Shown here piece after piece: positions 14,298 to 22,006 of a stretch of 38,970 bases of DNA (the stretch's first letter is position 1; the number at the start of each line of letters is the position of its first letter). The position numbers and the translations under genes are program-made. Where the stretch lies: positions 1-38,970 of IMG/VR virus record IMGVR_UViG_3300045988_077187; one strand, given 5' to 3'. This DNA comes from a virus. Below the pieces are notes generated by a model that saw only the letters and a list, made by a program, of their open reading frames with translations, was not told the DNA's origin and did no database searches.

Positions 14298-14795
14298 ATG
14301 GGCTATTTCCAGATTCCAGTCTCTTGGTATCGGGACGAAACGATGCTGAACCTCATGGACAAGAACCCCGCATCCATAGGCATTTACGTGATGATGATCT
14401 CTTGGTGCTCAGACAACAAAAGTTACGGAGACATACCATACGTAGACTTCCGATATGTCCTCGATGGTGAAGATGAAGAGCTTCAGGCGCTCATAGATGC
14501 AGGACTCATCACGAAGACCGACAAGATTCGTCTGCGCGAACCCGTCTACCACATCAAAAGCTTCAGACGCTTCGACCCGCGATCAAGGGAGCCGATCAGC
14601 AAGAAGCTTCGCAAGGCCGTGTATGAGCGTGACCATTACCGTTGCGTCGAATGTGGAGCCACCGATCATCTGAGCCTTGACCACATCATCCCGTGGAGTC
14701 TTGGCGGCGAGGACACCATGGAGAATCTTCAGACCATGTGCCGTTCATGCAATTCAAGGAAGGGGAACAGGGGCGATGTGGTTCAAGGTGGATGA
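14298..14795 (+). CDS. Replisome-organizer-like N-domain fused to an HNH endonuclease
   Basis: C-terminal HYRCVECGATDHLSLDHIIPWSLGGEDTMENLQTMCRSCNSRKGN. The N-terminus resembles the N-terminus of the next gene. Confidence 0.8.
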   Translation: MGYFQIPVSWYRDETMLNLMDKNPASIGIYVMMISWCSDNKSYGDIPYVDFRYVLDGEDEELQALIDAGLITKTDKIRLREPVYHIKSFRRFDPRSREPISKKLRKAVYERDHYRCVECGATDHLSLDHIIPWSLGGEDTMENLQTMCRSCNSRKGNRGDVVQGG

Positions 14796-15615
14796 TTCGT
14801 TCTTCTCGAACCCGAAGACCGCCATGCTGTCGGACGGGGCTACCGCATTGTGGCTCCGTTCCGGCTCATGGTCGGCACAGCAGTTGACTGGCGGGTTCGT
14901 GCCAGCTCGCATGGTGCCGATGTTCCGTGGCTCCGATGATTCCGTGCGCGAACTGTGCGATGTCGGATTGTGGGAGCGTGACGATGAACGGGATGGCTAT
15001 TGGTTCCACGATTGGAGCGACTATCAGCCGGACGGGGAGGAAGTGGACGCTCTGCGCCGGAAGCGGAGCGAAGCGGGCAAGAGGGGCGCGGACCGTCGGT
15101 GGAAACGGAAAACCGTTGACGAAAATGGCAAAAATGGCAAAACCGATGGCAAATGCCATGGCAAACCTATGGCAAACGCATGGCAAACCGATGGCAAGTC
15201 GATGGCAAACTCATGCCCCGTTCCCGTACCCGTACCCGATAAGAAAGAGAAAGAAGAAAATTCTTCTTCTTTCTCCAAAGAAATCGGCGTAAGCGACTTC
15301 GAGTTAGTGAGGGAGAAGGCGCACGCCAACGCAGACATCATCCGAAACTATCCGAAACTCGACCTGTCGGACGCGTGGAATGCCTTCGCCGCTCGCCACT
15401 ACGGCGAGACACGCACCGTCAACGACTGGTGCCGCCAATGGAAAGGCTGGTGCCAGCGCAGAGCCAAAATGAGCGGCATACCACCCTCGAAACACCACAA
15501 GCACACATGGCAGTGCGAACACGTGCTGCAAGCGCTCGGACGAAACAAGGAAACCGCCACACCAGACCAACGAGCCTGCCAGATGGCGAAACAACTCAAC
15601 AAGGAGAAATCATGA
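14776..15615 (+). CDS. Replication initiation / replisome organizer-like protein
   Basis: MWFKVDDSFFSNPK...ALWLRSGSW...GFVP...LCDVGLWERDDERDGYWFHDWSDYQ is typical of actinophage organizer or wHTH proteins. It contains the iteron array. Confidence 0.65.
   Translation: MWFKVDDSFFSNPKTAMLSDGATALWLRSGSWSAQQLTGGFVPARMVPMFRGSDDSVRELCDVGLWERDDERDGYWFHDWSDYQPDGEEVDALRRKRSEAGKRGADRRWKRKTVDENGKNGKTDGKCHGKPMANAWQTDGKSMANSCPVPVPVPDKKEKEENSSSFSKEIGVSDFELVREKAHANADIIRNYPKLDLSDAWNAFAARHYGETRTVNDWCRQWKGWCQRRAKMSGIPPSKHHKHTWQCEHVLQALGRNKETATPDQRACQMAKQLNKEKS
15125..15210 (+). repeat. Eight ATGGCAA(A/G) iterons, candidate ori
   Basis: Copies start at 15125, 15134, 15146, 15158, 15169, 15180, 15191 and 15202 (spacing 9, 12, 12, 11, 11, 11, 11 nt), inside the organizer CDS. 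Confidence 0.7.
15241..15276. repeat. A/T-rich purine/pyrimidine imperfect inverted repeat next to the iterons
   Basis: AAGAAAGAGAAAGAAGAAAA / TTCTTCTTCTTTCTCC. Candidate unwinding element. Confidence 0.45.
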
Positions 15616-15770
15616 GACACGACGAACCGGAAACCATGTGCAGCCTGGAATGGTTGGAACACGAACGGCGCAAGGCATGGCAGGAAGGTTACGCGGCCGG
15701 GTGGAAAGACCAGGAATGCGATTTTCCGCAATATACAAGCGAAAACCCATACAAGGAGACCATCGAATGA
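15612..15770 (+). CDS. Hypothetical 52-aa protein
   Basis: ATGA coupling. RBS AAGGAG. Confidence 0.5.
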   Translation: MRHDEPETMCSLEWLEHERRKAWQEGYAAGWKDQECDFPQYTSENPYKETIE

Positions 15771-15856
15771 AACACAACCCGTTTGAAATCGCGTTCGGCA
15801 TCGTATTGACCGTCTGCCTATGCGTCGCCACGATCATCATATTCATCCTCGATTAA
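15767..15856 (+). CDS. 29-aa hydrophobic peptide
   Basis: MKHNPFEIAFGIVLTVCLCVATIIIFILD. ATGA coupling. Confidence 0.35.
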   Translation: MKHNPFEIAFGIVLTVCLCVATIIIFILD

Positions 15857-15867
15857 GGAGTCCAAAA

Positions 15868-16248
15868 ATGAGTGACAATATCAATCCATCGCATTACAAG
15901 GATGGCCCGTTCGAATGCATCGAACTATCCCGCCTGCTGTCAAGCGACTGGGGGCAAGCCGTCCAATACTGCTTCAGGTGGCAGCACAAGAACGGTGTCG
16001 AAGACCTCAAGAAGGCGATCTGGTTCATCAATGACGCAATCACGCATAATGTGCCGTTCTTCGCCGCGTGCTGCAAACGGAACGCCGACATTCTCGAAGC
16101 TCAGGCAATCAGGCTTCTTAGCATCCTACAGGCCGAGAACTGGGCTGATCTCGAACAGTTCTGGCGGAACCTCAAGTGGGGAGACCGCGTGGACGTGCTC
16201 GAAGCCCTCACCGAAAAGATCAATGAAATCGAAAAGGAAGGCAAGTAA
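15868..16248 (+). CDS. DUF3310-like protein
   Basis: The N-terminal INPSHYKDGPFECIE signature is common to phage DUF3310 proteins. RBS TAAGGAG. Confidence 0.6.
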   Translation: MSDNINPSHYKDGPFECIELSRLLSSDWGQAVQYCFRWQHKNGVEDLKKAIWFINDAITHNVPFFAACCKRNADILEAQAIRLLSILQAENWADLEQFWRNLKWGDRVDVLEALTEKINEIEKEGK

Positions 16249-16532
16249 TGGCGGTAGGAGCGATGGACGAACCGGTGATAAATCACGTTGACCATAAAAG
16301 CGTCTGGTGCGACTTCGGAAATGCTCTCGACAGAGTCCTGCTTCTTTGCTTTGCGCAACGCGAAGCCATTGCGCGGATTCTGCAAAACAACAGCACGGAG
16401 AGCGTGATTGCCTTCGCGGAAGGACAGATTGCGGCTTATATGCAAATCGAAGCGGCTGTCAACGAACTTGAGAAAGTCCATTTAGACGATCACACGAAGA
16501 AGGTGTGCAAAATGACTAAGGATGGTGAGTGA
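16248..16532 (+). CDS. Hypothetical protein
   Basis: 94 aa, TAATG overlap. Confidence 0.55.
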   Translation: MAVGAMDEPVINHVDHKSVWCDFGNALDRVLLLCFAQREAIARILQNNSTESVIAFAEGQIAAYMQIEAAVNELEKVHLDDHTKKVCKMTKDGE

Positions 16533-16765
16533 TGGATAAGACGAGGGTGGCCCTCACGGCGATTATCTGCATCACGATTGTCTTGACTTCGTTCAGCTTT
16601 GGAATGGCACCTAATGTCGGCGAGAAGGCCAATACGGGTTTCCAAATGGAAACGGTCAAGACCGGTGACGTGACATGGGCCTGTCTGAAGCATAACGGCG
16701 AATACATCGGCTGCAACACTTCGCAACGAATTATTAAGACCTTCGAACCAAGGAAAAGCAAATGA
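16529..16765 (+). CDS. Small secreted/membrane protein
   Basis: N-terminal signal or TM segment VALTAIICITIVLTSFSFG. Confidence 0.55.
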   Translation: MMDKTRVALTAIICITIVLTSFSFGMAPNVGEKANTGFQMETVKTGDVTWACLKHNGEYIGCNTSQRIIKTFEPRKSK

Positions 16766-16905
16766 AGAAAATCCTTGAGGAAATGATCCTGAAATGGCAT
16801 GAGGACGGTATCACCCTGGAAGAAACCGCCAGACTCGTGCCACAAGTGCCAAAAGCCGAAATCACCGCCATAATCCACCAGCACGACAAGGAGACCAGAC
16901 TTTGA
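16762..16905 (+). CDS. 47-aa HTH-like ORF below the track cutoff
   Basis: MKKILEEMILKWHEDGITLEETARLVPQVPKAEITAIIHQH... ATGA overlap upstream and TTGA overlap downstream. Confidence 0.45.
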   Translation: MKKILEEMILKWHEDGITLEETARLVPQVPKAEITAIIHQHDKETRL

Positions 16906-17657
16906 CCGACTGCCAGCACTGCCACAAGCCAATGAAAACGACAGCAGACAATCCGCTCTGCCAAACCTGCCGTGAAACCTACTGGACGCTGATCCGCCAG
17001 CTCGGACACGTCCAACTGCCCGCCCTGCGCAGTATTATGCTCCGTCAGGCGCACATCGGCCCCACAGGCCACACGCCAAACAAAGGCAACGCGCCACTGC
17101 CGATCGACACCCACGCTCAAGACCTCATCGCGGACAGCGAGGCATGGTTGGCGGAACAGGCAGGCAAAATACGCGCCGCATACGCTGGATACGACTGGCG
17201 GAAAGCATGGTTCGCCATCATAAGCAACCGGCACACCGTCCTCAACATGAGCACCGCAGCAGACGACTACGCCGCCCTGGAACACATCACCAGACGCAAC
17301 GAACAAGCGTTGACACCGGAAGACGAGCTCATAATCCTCGGCACCTGCCCAAAATGCGACAGCATGCTCACCGGCACGCCGGAAGCCGAGTCGGTCACAT
17401 GCCAAGGCTGCCACCGTGAATGGGCTGCGCCAGCAATCAAAGCAGCCCGAGACGAAAGATTGTGGCAAGTGCGAATCACCGGCACACCAAGCGATGCGGC
17501 CAAAGAGCTGAAACGATACGGCCTGACCGTATCACGCAACCTCATCAGCCAATGGCTCAAACGCGGCAAACTGTCGCACGCCACGCCGACGGAACACAAG
17601 CGGCAGTACAAGTTCAACCTCGGAGAACTCGCAGCACTACTTGACTGTCACCGTTGA
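16902..17657 (+). CDS. Zinc-ribbon plus C-terminal HTH protein (possible late regulator)
   Basis: CQHC...CQTC and CPKC...CQGC motifs. C-terminal AAKELKRYGLTVSRNLISQWLKRGKL. It is the last gene before the late promoter. Confidence 0.6.
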   Translation: MTDCQHCHKPMKTTADNPLCQTCRETYWTLIRQLGHVQLPALRSIMLRQAHIGPTGHTPNKGNAPLPIDTHAQDLIADSEAWLAEQAGKIRAAYAGYDWRKAWFAIISNRHTVLNMSTAADDYAALEHITRRNEQALTPEDELIILGTCPKCDSMLTGTPEAESVTCQGCHREWAAPAIKAARDERLWQVRITGTPSDAAKELKRYGLTVSRNLISQWLKRGKLSHATPTEHKRQYKFNLGELAALLDCHR

Positions 17658-17668
17658 AATGCTATACT
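17641..17668 (+). promoter_or_regulatory. Sigma-70-like promoter TTGACT-N16-TATACT
   Basis: Read directly from the sequence. It overlaps the end of CDS 16902-17657. Followed by an 11-15-bp leader hairpin (17683-17722) and the tRNA-like gene. Confidence 0.55.
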
Positions 17669-17729
17669 GTCGTATGTTCGTAGAATGAATGGCTCAGCAT
17701 AATGATAGCTGGGCCATTATTCATATCAA

Positions 17730-17889
17730 GCTTCGGTAGCTCAGTGGCAGAGCACGAGGGATAGCACAGATACCTAGGACGGATACCAAACCGGCCATGG
17801 CTTCCTACTTCTTTAAATCGAATGCCCGTAATGATAAAAAGACAGTGCACCCCACACAAGCGCTGGTTCGACTCCAGCCCGAAGCACCA
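17730..17889 (+). ncRNA. 160-nt tRNA-shaped RNA with the anticodon arm replaced by a roughly 100-nt extended arm
   Basis: Acceptor GCTTCGG/CCGAAGC (7 bp). U8 A9. D arm GCTC-AGTGGCA-GAGC. 5-nt variable loop CAAGC. T arm GCTGG-TTCGACT-CCAGC. Discriminator A plus encoded CCA. No 5-bp/7-nt anticodon hairpin exists anywhere in 17755-17861. Confidence 0.75.
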
Positions 17890-17904
17890 CAAGGCGGTGA
17901 TCGT

Positions 17905-18213
17905 ATGCCAGGAAGAACGCGCAAGACCAGCCGCCAATTCGAGAAAGACAAAGCAACATTCTTCGCACAGTGCAAGGCACAGCATGCAGTCTGCTGGTTG
18001 TGTGGCATGCCGATAGACTATGCAGCCACGAAGAACACCACCGATGATTCATTCAATCTTGATCACCTCTATCCCGTCTCGAAGCACCCCGAGTTGCAGT
18101 TCGACCCGGCAGGCTTCAAGCCCTCACACACCAGCTGCAACCGATTGCGCGGCAACCAAGACCCGCCAGCACCAATCGGCACACTAAGCCGACAATGGAT
18201 TCAGACAGCATGA
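17905..18213 (+). CDS. HNH endonuclease (packaging-associated position)
   Basis: CWLCGMPID...NLDHLYPVSKHPEL...SHTSCNRLRGN. Start chosen at MPGRTRK after AAGGCGG. Upstream of TerS/TerL. Confidence 0.85.
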   Translation: MPGRTRKTSRQFEKDKATFFAQCKAQHAVCWLCGMPIDYAATKNTTDDSFNLDHLYPVSKHPELQFDPAGFKPSHTSCNRLRGNQDPPAPIGTLSRQWIQTA

Positions 18214-18491
18214 GCAAGGAGGCAATGATGCCACAGCAGCCAGTCACACTAGAGCTCACCGCCACAATCAGCGACAAGACATTCCCAATCAGCTCATTCA
18301 CCGTCAACATCCCGATCAACGTCACTCACAACGAGGTCAACACCTTCATGGTCGGTGACGCATACACCACACTCATCACGCCCAAGCCACCAAGCACAGA
18401 CGAACTCATCACACGATTCACAAACGCAATCAAAGCATTCAAAACAGCATTCGAAACCAACCCCAAAGGGGTAGGGGCGGTGAAATCCTGA
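18210..18491 (+). CDS. Hypothetical protein
   Basis: The start is uncertain: ATG 18210 has an ATGA overlap, and ATG 18225/18228 follows AAGGAGG. Confidence 0.55.
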   Translation: MSKEAMMPQQPVTLELTATISDKTFPISSFTVNIPINVTHNEVNTFMVGDAYTTLITPKPPSTDELITRFTNAIKAFKTAFETNPKGVGAVKS

Positions 18492-18584
18492 AAACCACCC
18501 CGAACCGACCCACGTCCCGCGTGGTTGCTCTTCCTCTCCCCGATGATGTTTTTTTGTTGATGGGTCGCGCGCGAAGGAGGCTCT

Positions 18585-18947
18585 ATGACGGTCAAGAAGG
18601 GTGTTTCCGAGCGTCGTTTTCCGCATGAGTCCGTGGCTGATGCGTTGGAGAGGTCTTTGCGGAATGCGAAGTCGTTGCGTGCGGAGAATGCGGCTGTCGT
18701 GGCCGCTGCGCGTATCCTTGCCGCTCGGATTGATTCGGTTTGCGAGACTGGTTTCATCGATGAGAACGGGAAATTGGACAATGTGTCGGTTCCGACGTTT
18801 TTGAAATACTGCCAGTCGCTTGGTCTGACGCTGGTGGAGCCTGCCAAGGTTGGGCGTCCAGCGAAGGCGAAGCCTGAGCCGAAGGCCGAGGAGTCAAAGA
18901 GCGGCAAGGTCATCGCGATGGATGAGTTCATGAAGCGTTTCGGCTAG
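18585..18947 (+). CDS. terS: Terminase small subunit (actinophage type)
   Basis: 120 aa, immediately upstream of TerL. Contains FLKYCQSLGLTLVEPAKVGRPAKAKPE with a basic tail. RBS GAAGGAGG. Confidence 0.7.
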   Translation: MTVKKGVSERRFPHESVADALERSLRNAKSLRAENAAVVAAARILAARIDSVCETGFIDENGKLDNVSVPTFLKYCQSLGLTLVEPAKVGRPAKAKPEPKAEESKSGKVIAMDEFMKRFG

Positions 18948-18960
18948 AAGGTGGTGTCCG

Positions 18961-20574
18961 ATGGCGGCGGAGAATCTTACGGTTTTCGGTGCCATCGACG
19001 ATGAGCATCATGGCGTGACTTTGCCGCGTATCTTCACTCCGCCACTCAGGCCGTTGACCAAGGAGACCTCGAATGGTTTCGCGGTGATCGCGTTCGCTGA
19101 AATCATGCTGCACGTCCACCTTTACCCGTGGCAACAATGGCTTTTAGTGCATGCGCTCGAATTACTTGAGGATGGCAGCTATCGTTTCCGCAAGGTCATC
19201 GTGCTTGTGGCCAGACAGAACGGCAAGACCACGCTGATGGGCGTGCTGGCCGCATGGTGGCTGTTCGTGGACTCCAACAAGCATCCCGACCGAGTGCCGC
19301 CGGTGAAGTTTCTGGTGGTCGGTGCAGCGCAGACGTTGGACAATGCGAAGGGCCCGTACAATCAGGTCAAGGAGTGGTGCAATCCTCAGCCTTCGACTGA
19401 TGAGGAAGCGGATCTGGTGATTCCGGATCTCGCTGCAATGACGCAGAAATTCGTCAACACGAACGGCGAGGAGGCGATTATCACCCGCTCGAAAGCCCGG
19501 TATATCGTCCGCGCGGATAAGAACATTCGAGCGAAGTCGGCGGCGCGCGTGGTGTTCGATGAGCTTCGTGAACAGCATAATGATGATGGCTGGAATGCCG
19601 TCAGCCAGACCACGAAGGCGGTCTGGTCGAGCCAGTTATGGGGCATTTCCAATGCTGGCGACTATCGTAGCGTCGCGCTTCGCAAGCAGGTGGACAAGGG
19701 GCGCAAGCTTGTTGACGAGTGGACTCGTCTGAGCGCCGACGGTGGCAATCCGGCCGACGTGTTCCTGTCCGGCGAACAGGACGGCAGCTTCGGATATTTC
19801 GAGTGGTCTGCGCCTGACAAGTGTCCGGTGGATGATGCCGACGCTATTCGCCAGGCGAATCCGTCGCTCGGATATGGGCCGATGACCGTCATGTCGGTTC
19901 GGTCCGATATTGACGGCATGACCGAGGCCGCGTTCCGCACCGAAGTCCTGTGCCAATGGGTTACGGCTGACATCATTCCTTTCATCAATCCGAAAATGTG
20001 GGCCAGCGGCCTTGACTCGCGTTCCACGATTCCTGACGACAGTCGTGTCGTCCTGTCCGTGGACACGTCGGCTGACCGTAAGACCACGTATGTGGCCGCT
20101 GCCGGAATTCGTGCGGACGGGTTGCCGCATGTCGAGCTGATCGCGCGCCGTGACGGCATGCTGTGGGTGCCGCATTATCTCGACCTGCTCCAGGAGCGTT
20201 GGCCGCATATCACGGAGATCGCCGTGCAGGGCAAGGGCTGTCCGGCAGTCGATTTCATTGACCCACTCACCGGAAAAGGCTGGAACGTCCACCTCATCGA
20301 AGGCTTCCGTCTGGGCGCGTGCTGCGGCCGTTTCCACGACCGCGTGCGTGAGGGCAAGCTGCGGCACCTGCCGCAGCCCGCCATCGAACAGCAGGTGAGT
20401 GTGGCCGTGTCCCGAAGGCTCGGCGAAGTCGAGGTGTGGGACCGCACGAAATCCGCATTGCAGATCAGCGGCTTGGTTGCCGAATCGCAGGCATTGTACG
20501 CGTTGGAGACCATGCAGGCTGAAACGCTTAAACCGAAATACGAGCCCTCGCAAGGCGTGAGGGTCAGATTCTAG
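18961..20574 (+). CDS. terL: Terminase large subunit
   Basis: Walker A VLVARQNGKTT. 537 aa. Position upstream of the portal gene. Confidence 0.9.
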   Translation: MAAENLTVFGAIDDEHHGVTLPRIFTPPLRPLTKETSNGFAVIAFAEIMLHVHLYPWQQWLLVHALELLEDGSYRFRKVIVLVARQNGKTTLMGVLAAWWLFVDSNKHPDRVPPVKFLVVGAAQTLDNAKGPYNQVKEWCNPQPSTDEEADLVIPDLAAMTQKFVNTNGEEAIITRSKARYIVRADKNIRAKSAARVVFDELREQHNDDGWNAVSQTTKAVWSSQLWGISNAGDYRSVALRKQVDKGRKLVDEWTRLSADGGNPADVFLSGEQDGSFGYFEWSAPDKCPVDDADAIRQANPSLGYGPMTVMSVRSDIDGMTEAAFRTEVLCQWVTADIIPFINPKMWASGLDSRSTIPDDSRVVLSVDTSADRKTTYVAAAGIRADGLPHVELIARRDGMLWVPHYLDLLQERWPHITEIAVQGKGCPAVDFIDPLTGKGWNVHLIEGFRLGACCGRFHDRVREGKLRHLPQPAIEQQVSVAVSRRLGEVEVWDRTKSALQISGLVAESQALYALETMQAETLKPKYEPSQGVRVRF

Positions 20575-20599
20575 ATTCTTCACAAAGAGGGGAGTATTG

Positions 20600-22006
20600 A
20601 TGGGATTCCTTGACCGGCTCCTCCACAATAACGCAGCAGCTATCGGCATGAAGATGGCCGAGGCAGACGCACATCCGACGCCAGCGACAAGCATTCCACT
20701 CGCCAACGGCGACAGTTGGCCGTCCGACATGGACTTTTACGGGTACGCGTCCGGCGCCTACTGCAGGGAGTATGCGGTGCGTGTCGTGGTGGACTTCATC
20801 ACCCGCAACATCGCCTCGCTGCCATTCAAGGTGTATCGGAAGAACGCCGATGGGGATGCCGAGGAAGTCTCCGACGGCGCTCTTGCCGATTTGATGAAGC
20901 GTCCTTCTCCTCTTCCTGGAATGACACGCTATCGTTTCATCAGCACGCTACTTCGTGACATGCTGCTCGATGACCGGTGGCTCATGCTCCTGGGCGTGAA
21001 CGGTGGACGTTTCACACTCAGGCGCATACCGTCGGACTGCTATCAGCTTTCCGGCAACGCTTTCGGCGAGATTACCGGCGTGAATCTGCTGACGATGGAC
21101 AGTCAGCAGGCCATGCATTTTGATCTGCCTGATCCTCGCGTGCATTTGGACGTCGGCTTCATCTCCGGCCTCCAGTTCGGCGATAGTGTGACCAACGTGC
21201 TTCGTCCGCTCTTGGCGGAGGCGAAGGCGATGGCCAATTACCGGCGTGGCATCGCCAAGAACGGCATGCAGGCCGGAGGCTACGTCTTCCGGCCGAAGGA
21301 GATGCCGTGGCTGTCGCAGGAGGATTACGACGATTTCACCAATGGATTGCGTAATTTCATTCAGAATGGTGGCCGTGAGGGTGGCTGGCCTGTCCTGAAG
21401 GACGGCATGGAGATGCGTCCGCTGGACAACGTCTTCAAACCGGTGGACGTGAACGATTTGGAGGCGCGCGACCGTATCAATATCGCGGTGTGCAACGCCT
21501 TCCAGATTTCGCCGGAAAACGTCGGCTTCCGAACCGGCACCAATTCCAACATCAGCGCGTTCAAAGAGCAATTGTGGAATGTTGAGCTGATGCCATACAT
21601 CGTGGCATTGGAAGAGGCGCTGAATCTGAGCCTTCCCGAGGCCGTGGGCGAGCCTGACTGCTACATCAAGGCCAACGTTGACGCGAAACTACGTGGAACC
21701 ACGTCCGAACAGTATCAGGCGCTTTCCACGGCTACCGGACGTCCTTTCATGACCACGAATCAGGCGCGTCAGATTCTGGACATGCCGCGCGTGCCAGGTG
21801 GCGACCAGCTCATCACGCCATTGAATGTGAGCGAGGGCGGCCAGCCCAGCCCGCAAGACGGCGGCAAGACGCAGAACGCGCAGGAGAACAATCCGGTCAA
21901 CGGCGAGGACGCAAAGGCCATGCTCGCCGAATTCAAACGGCTTTACCGGTATGACGCGCAATTCCACGCCGAGTGGGACGCGCTTACCAAGGAGGAAACA
22001 TCATGA
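20600..22006 (+). CDS. Portal protein (HK97-type)
   Basis: 468 aa between TerL and the prohead protease. Typical portal length and composition. Confidence 0.85.
   Translation: MGFLDRLLHNNAAAIGMKMAEADAHPTPATSIPLANGDSWPSDMDFYGYASGAYCREYAVRVVVDFITRNIASLPFKVYRKNADGDAEEVSDGALADLMKRPSPLPGMTRYRFISTLLRDMLLDDRWLMLLGVNGGRFTLRRIPSDCYQLSGNAFGEITGVNLLTMDSQQAMHFDLPDPRVHLDVGFISGLQFGDSVTNVLRPLLAEAKAMANYRRGIAKNGMQAGGYVFRPKEMPWLSQEDYDDFTNGLRNFIQNGGREGGWPVLKDGMEMRPLDNVFKPVDVNDLEARDRINIAVCNAFQISPENVGFRTGTNSNISAFKEQLWNVELMPYIVALEEALNLSLPEAVGEPDCYIKANVDAKLRGTTSEQYQALSTATGRPFMTTNQARQILDMPRVPGGDQLITPLNVSEGGQPSPQDGGKTQNAQENNPVNGEDAKAMLAEFKRLYRYDAQFHAEWDALTKEETS

Noticed and set aside
15125-15210. CRISPR array or simple protein-level repeat as the explanation for the ATGGCAAA periodic repeats
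   Set aside because: The units are 8 nt with 1-4-nt spacers, far too short for CRISPR, and no cas genes are present. The reading frame of the motif shifts between copies (NGK, DGK, MAN, WQT), so the conservation is at the DNA level and not the peptide level.
17730-17889. Interpreting the tRNA-shaped gene as a tmRNA, a group I intron-containing tRNA, or a long-variable-arm tRNA
   Set aside because: tmRNA: pair 3-70 is U-A rather than G-U, the canonical D arm is retained, and the only frames ending in the TAA-TGA-TAA block give a 4-aa peptide or a 12-aa peptide (DGYQTGHGFLLL) with no ALAA-like tag. Group I intron: the extra sequence is only about 84-105 nt, and no complementary 3' anticodon-stem strand exists to rebuild an anticodon arm. 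Long variable arm: the variable loop is a normal 5 nt, and the extra sequence replaces positions 32-38.
17797-17904. In-frame upstream extension of the HNH ORF (MASYFFKSNARNDKK...) starting at ATG 17797
   Set aside because: There is no Shine-Dalgarno sequence before 17797. The extension runs through the distal arm, T arm and CCA of the tRNA-like RNA. ATG 17905 has an AAGGCGG RBS and gives a normal-size HNH protein.
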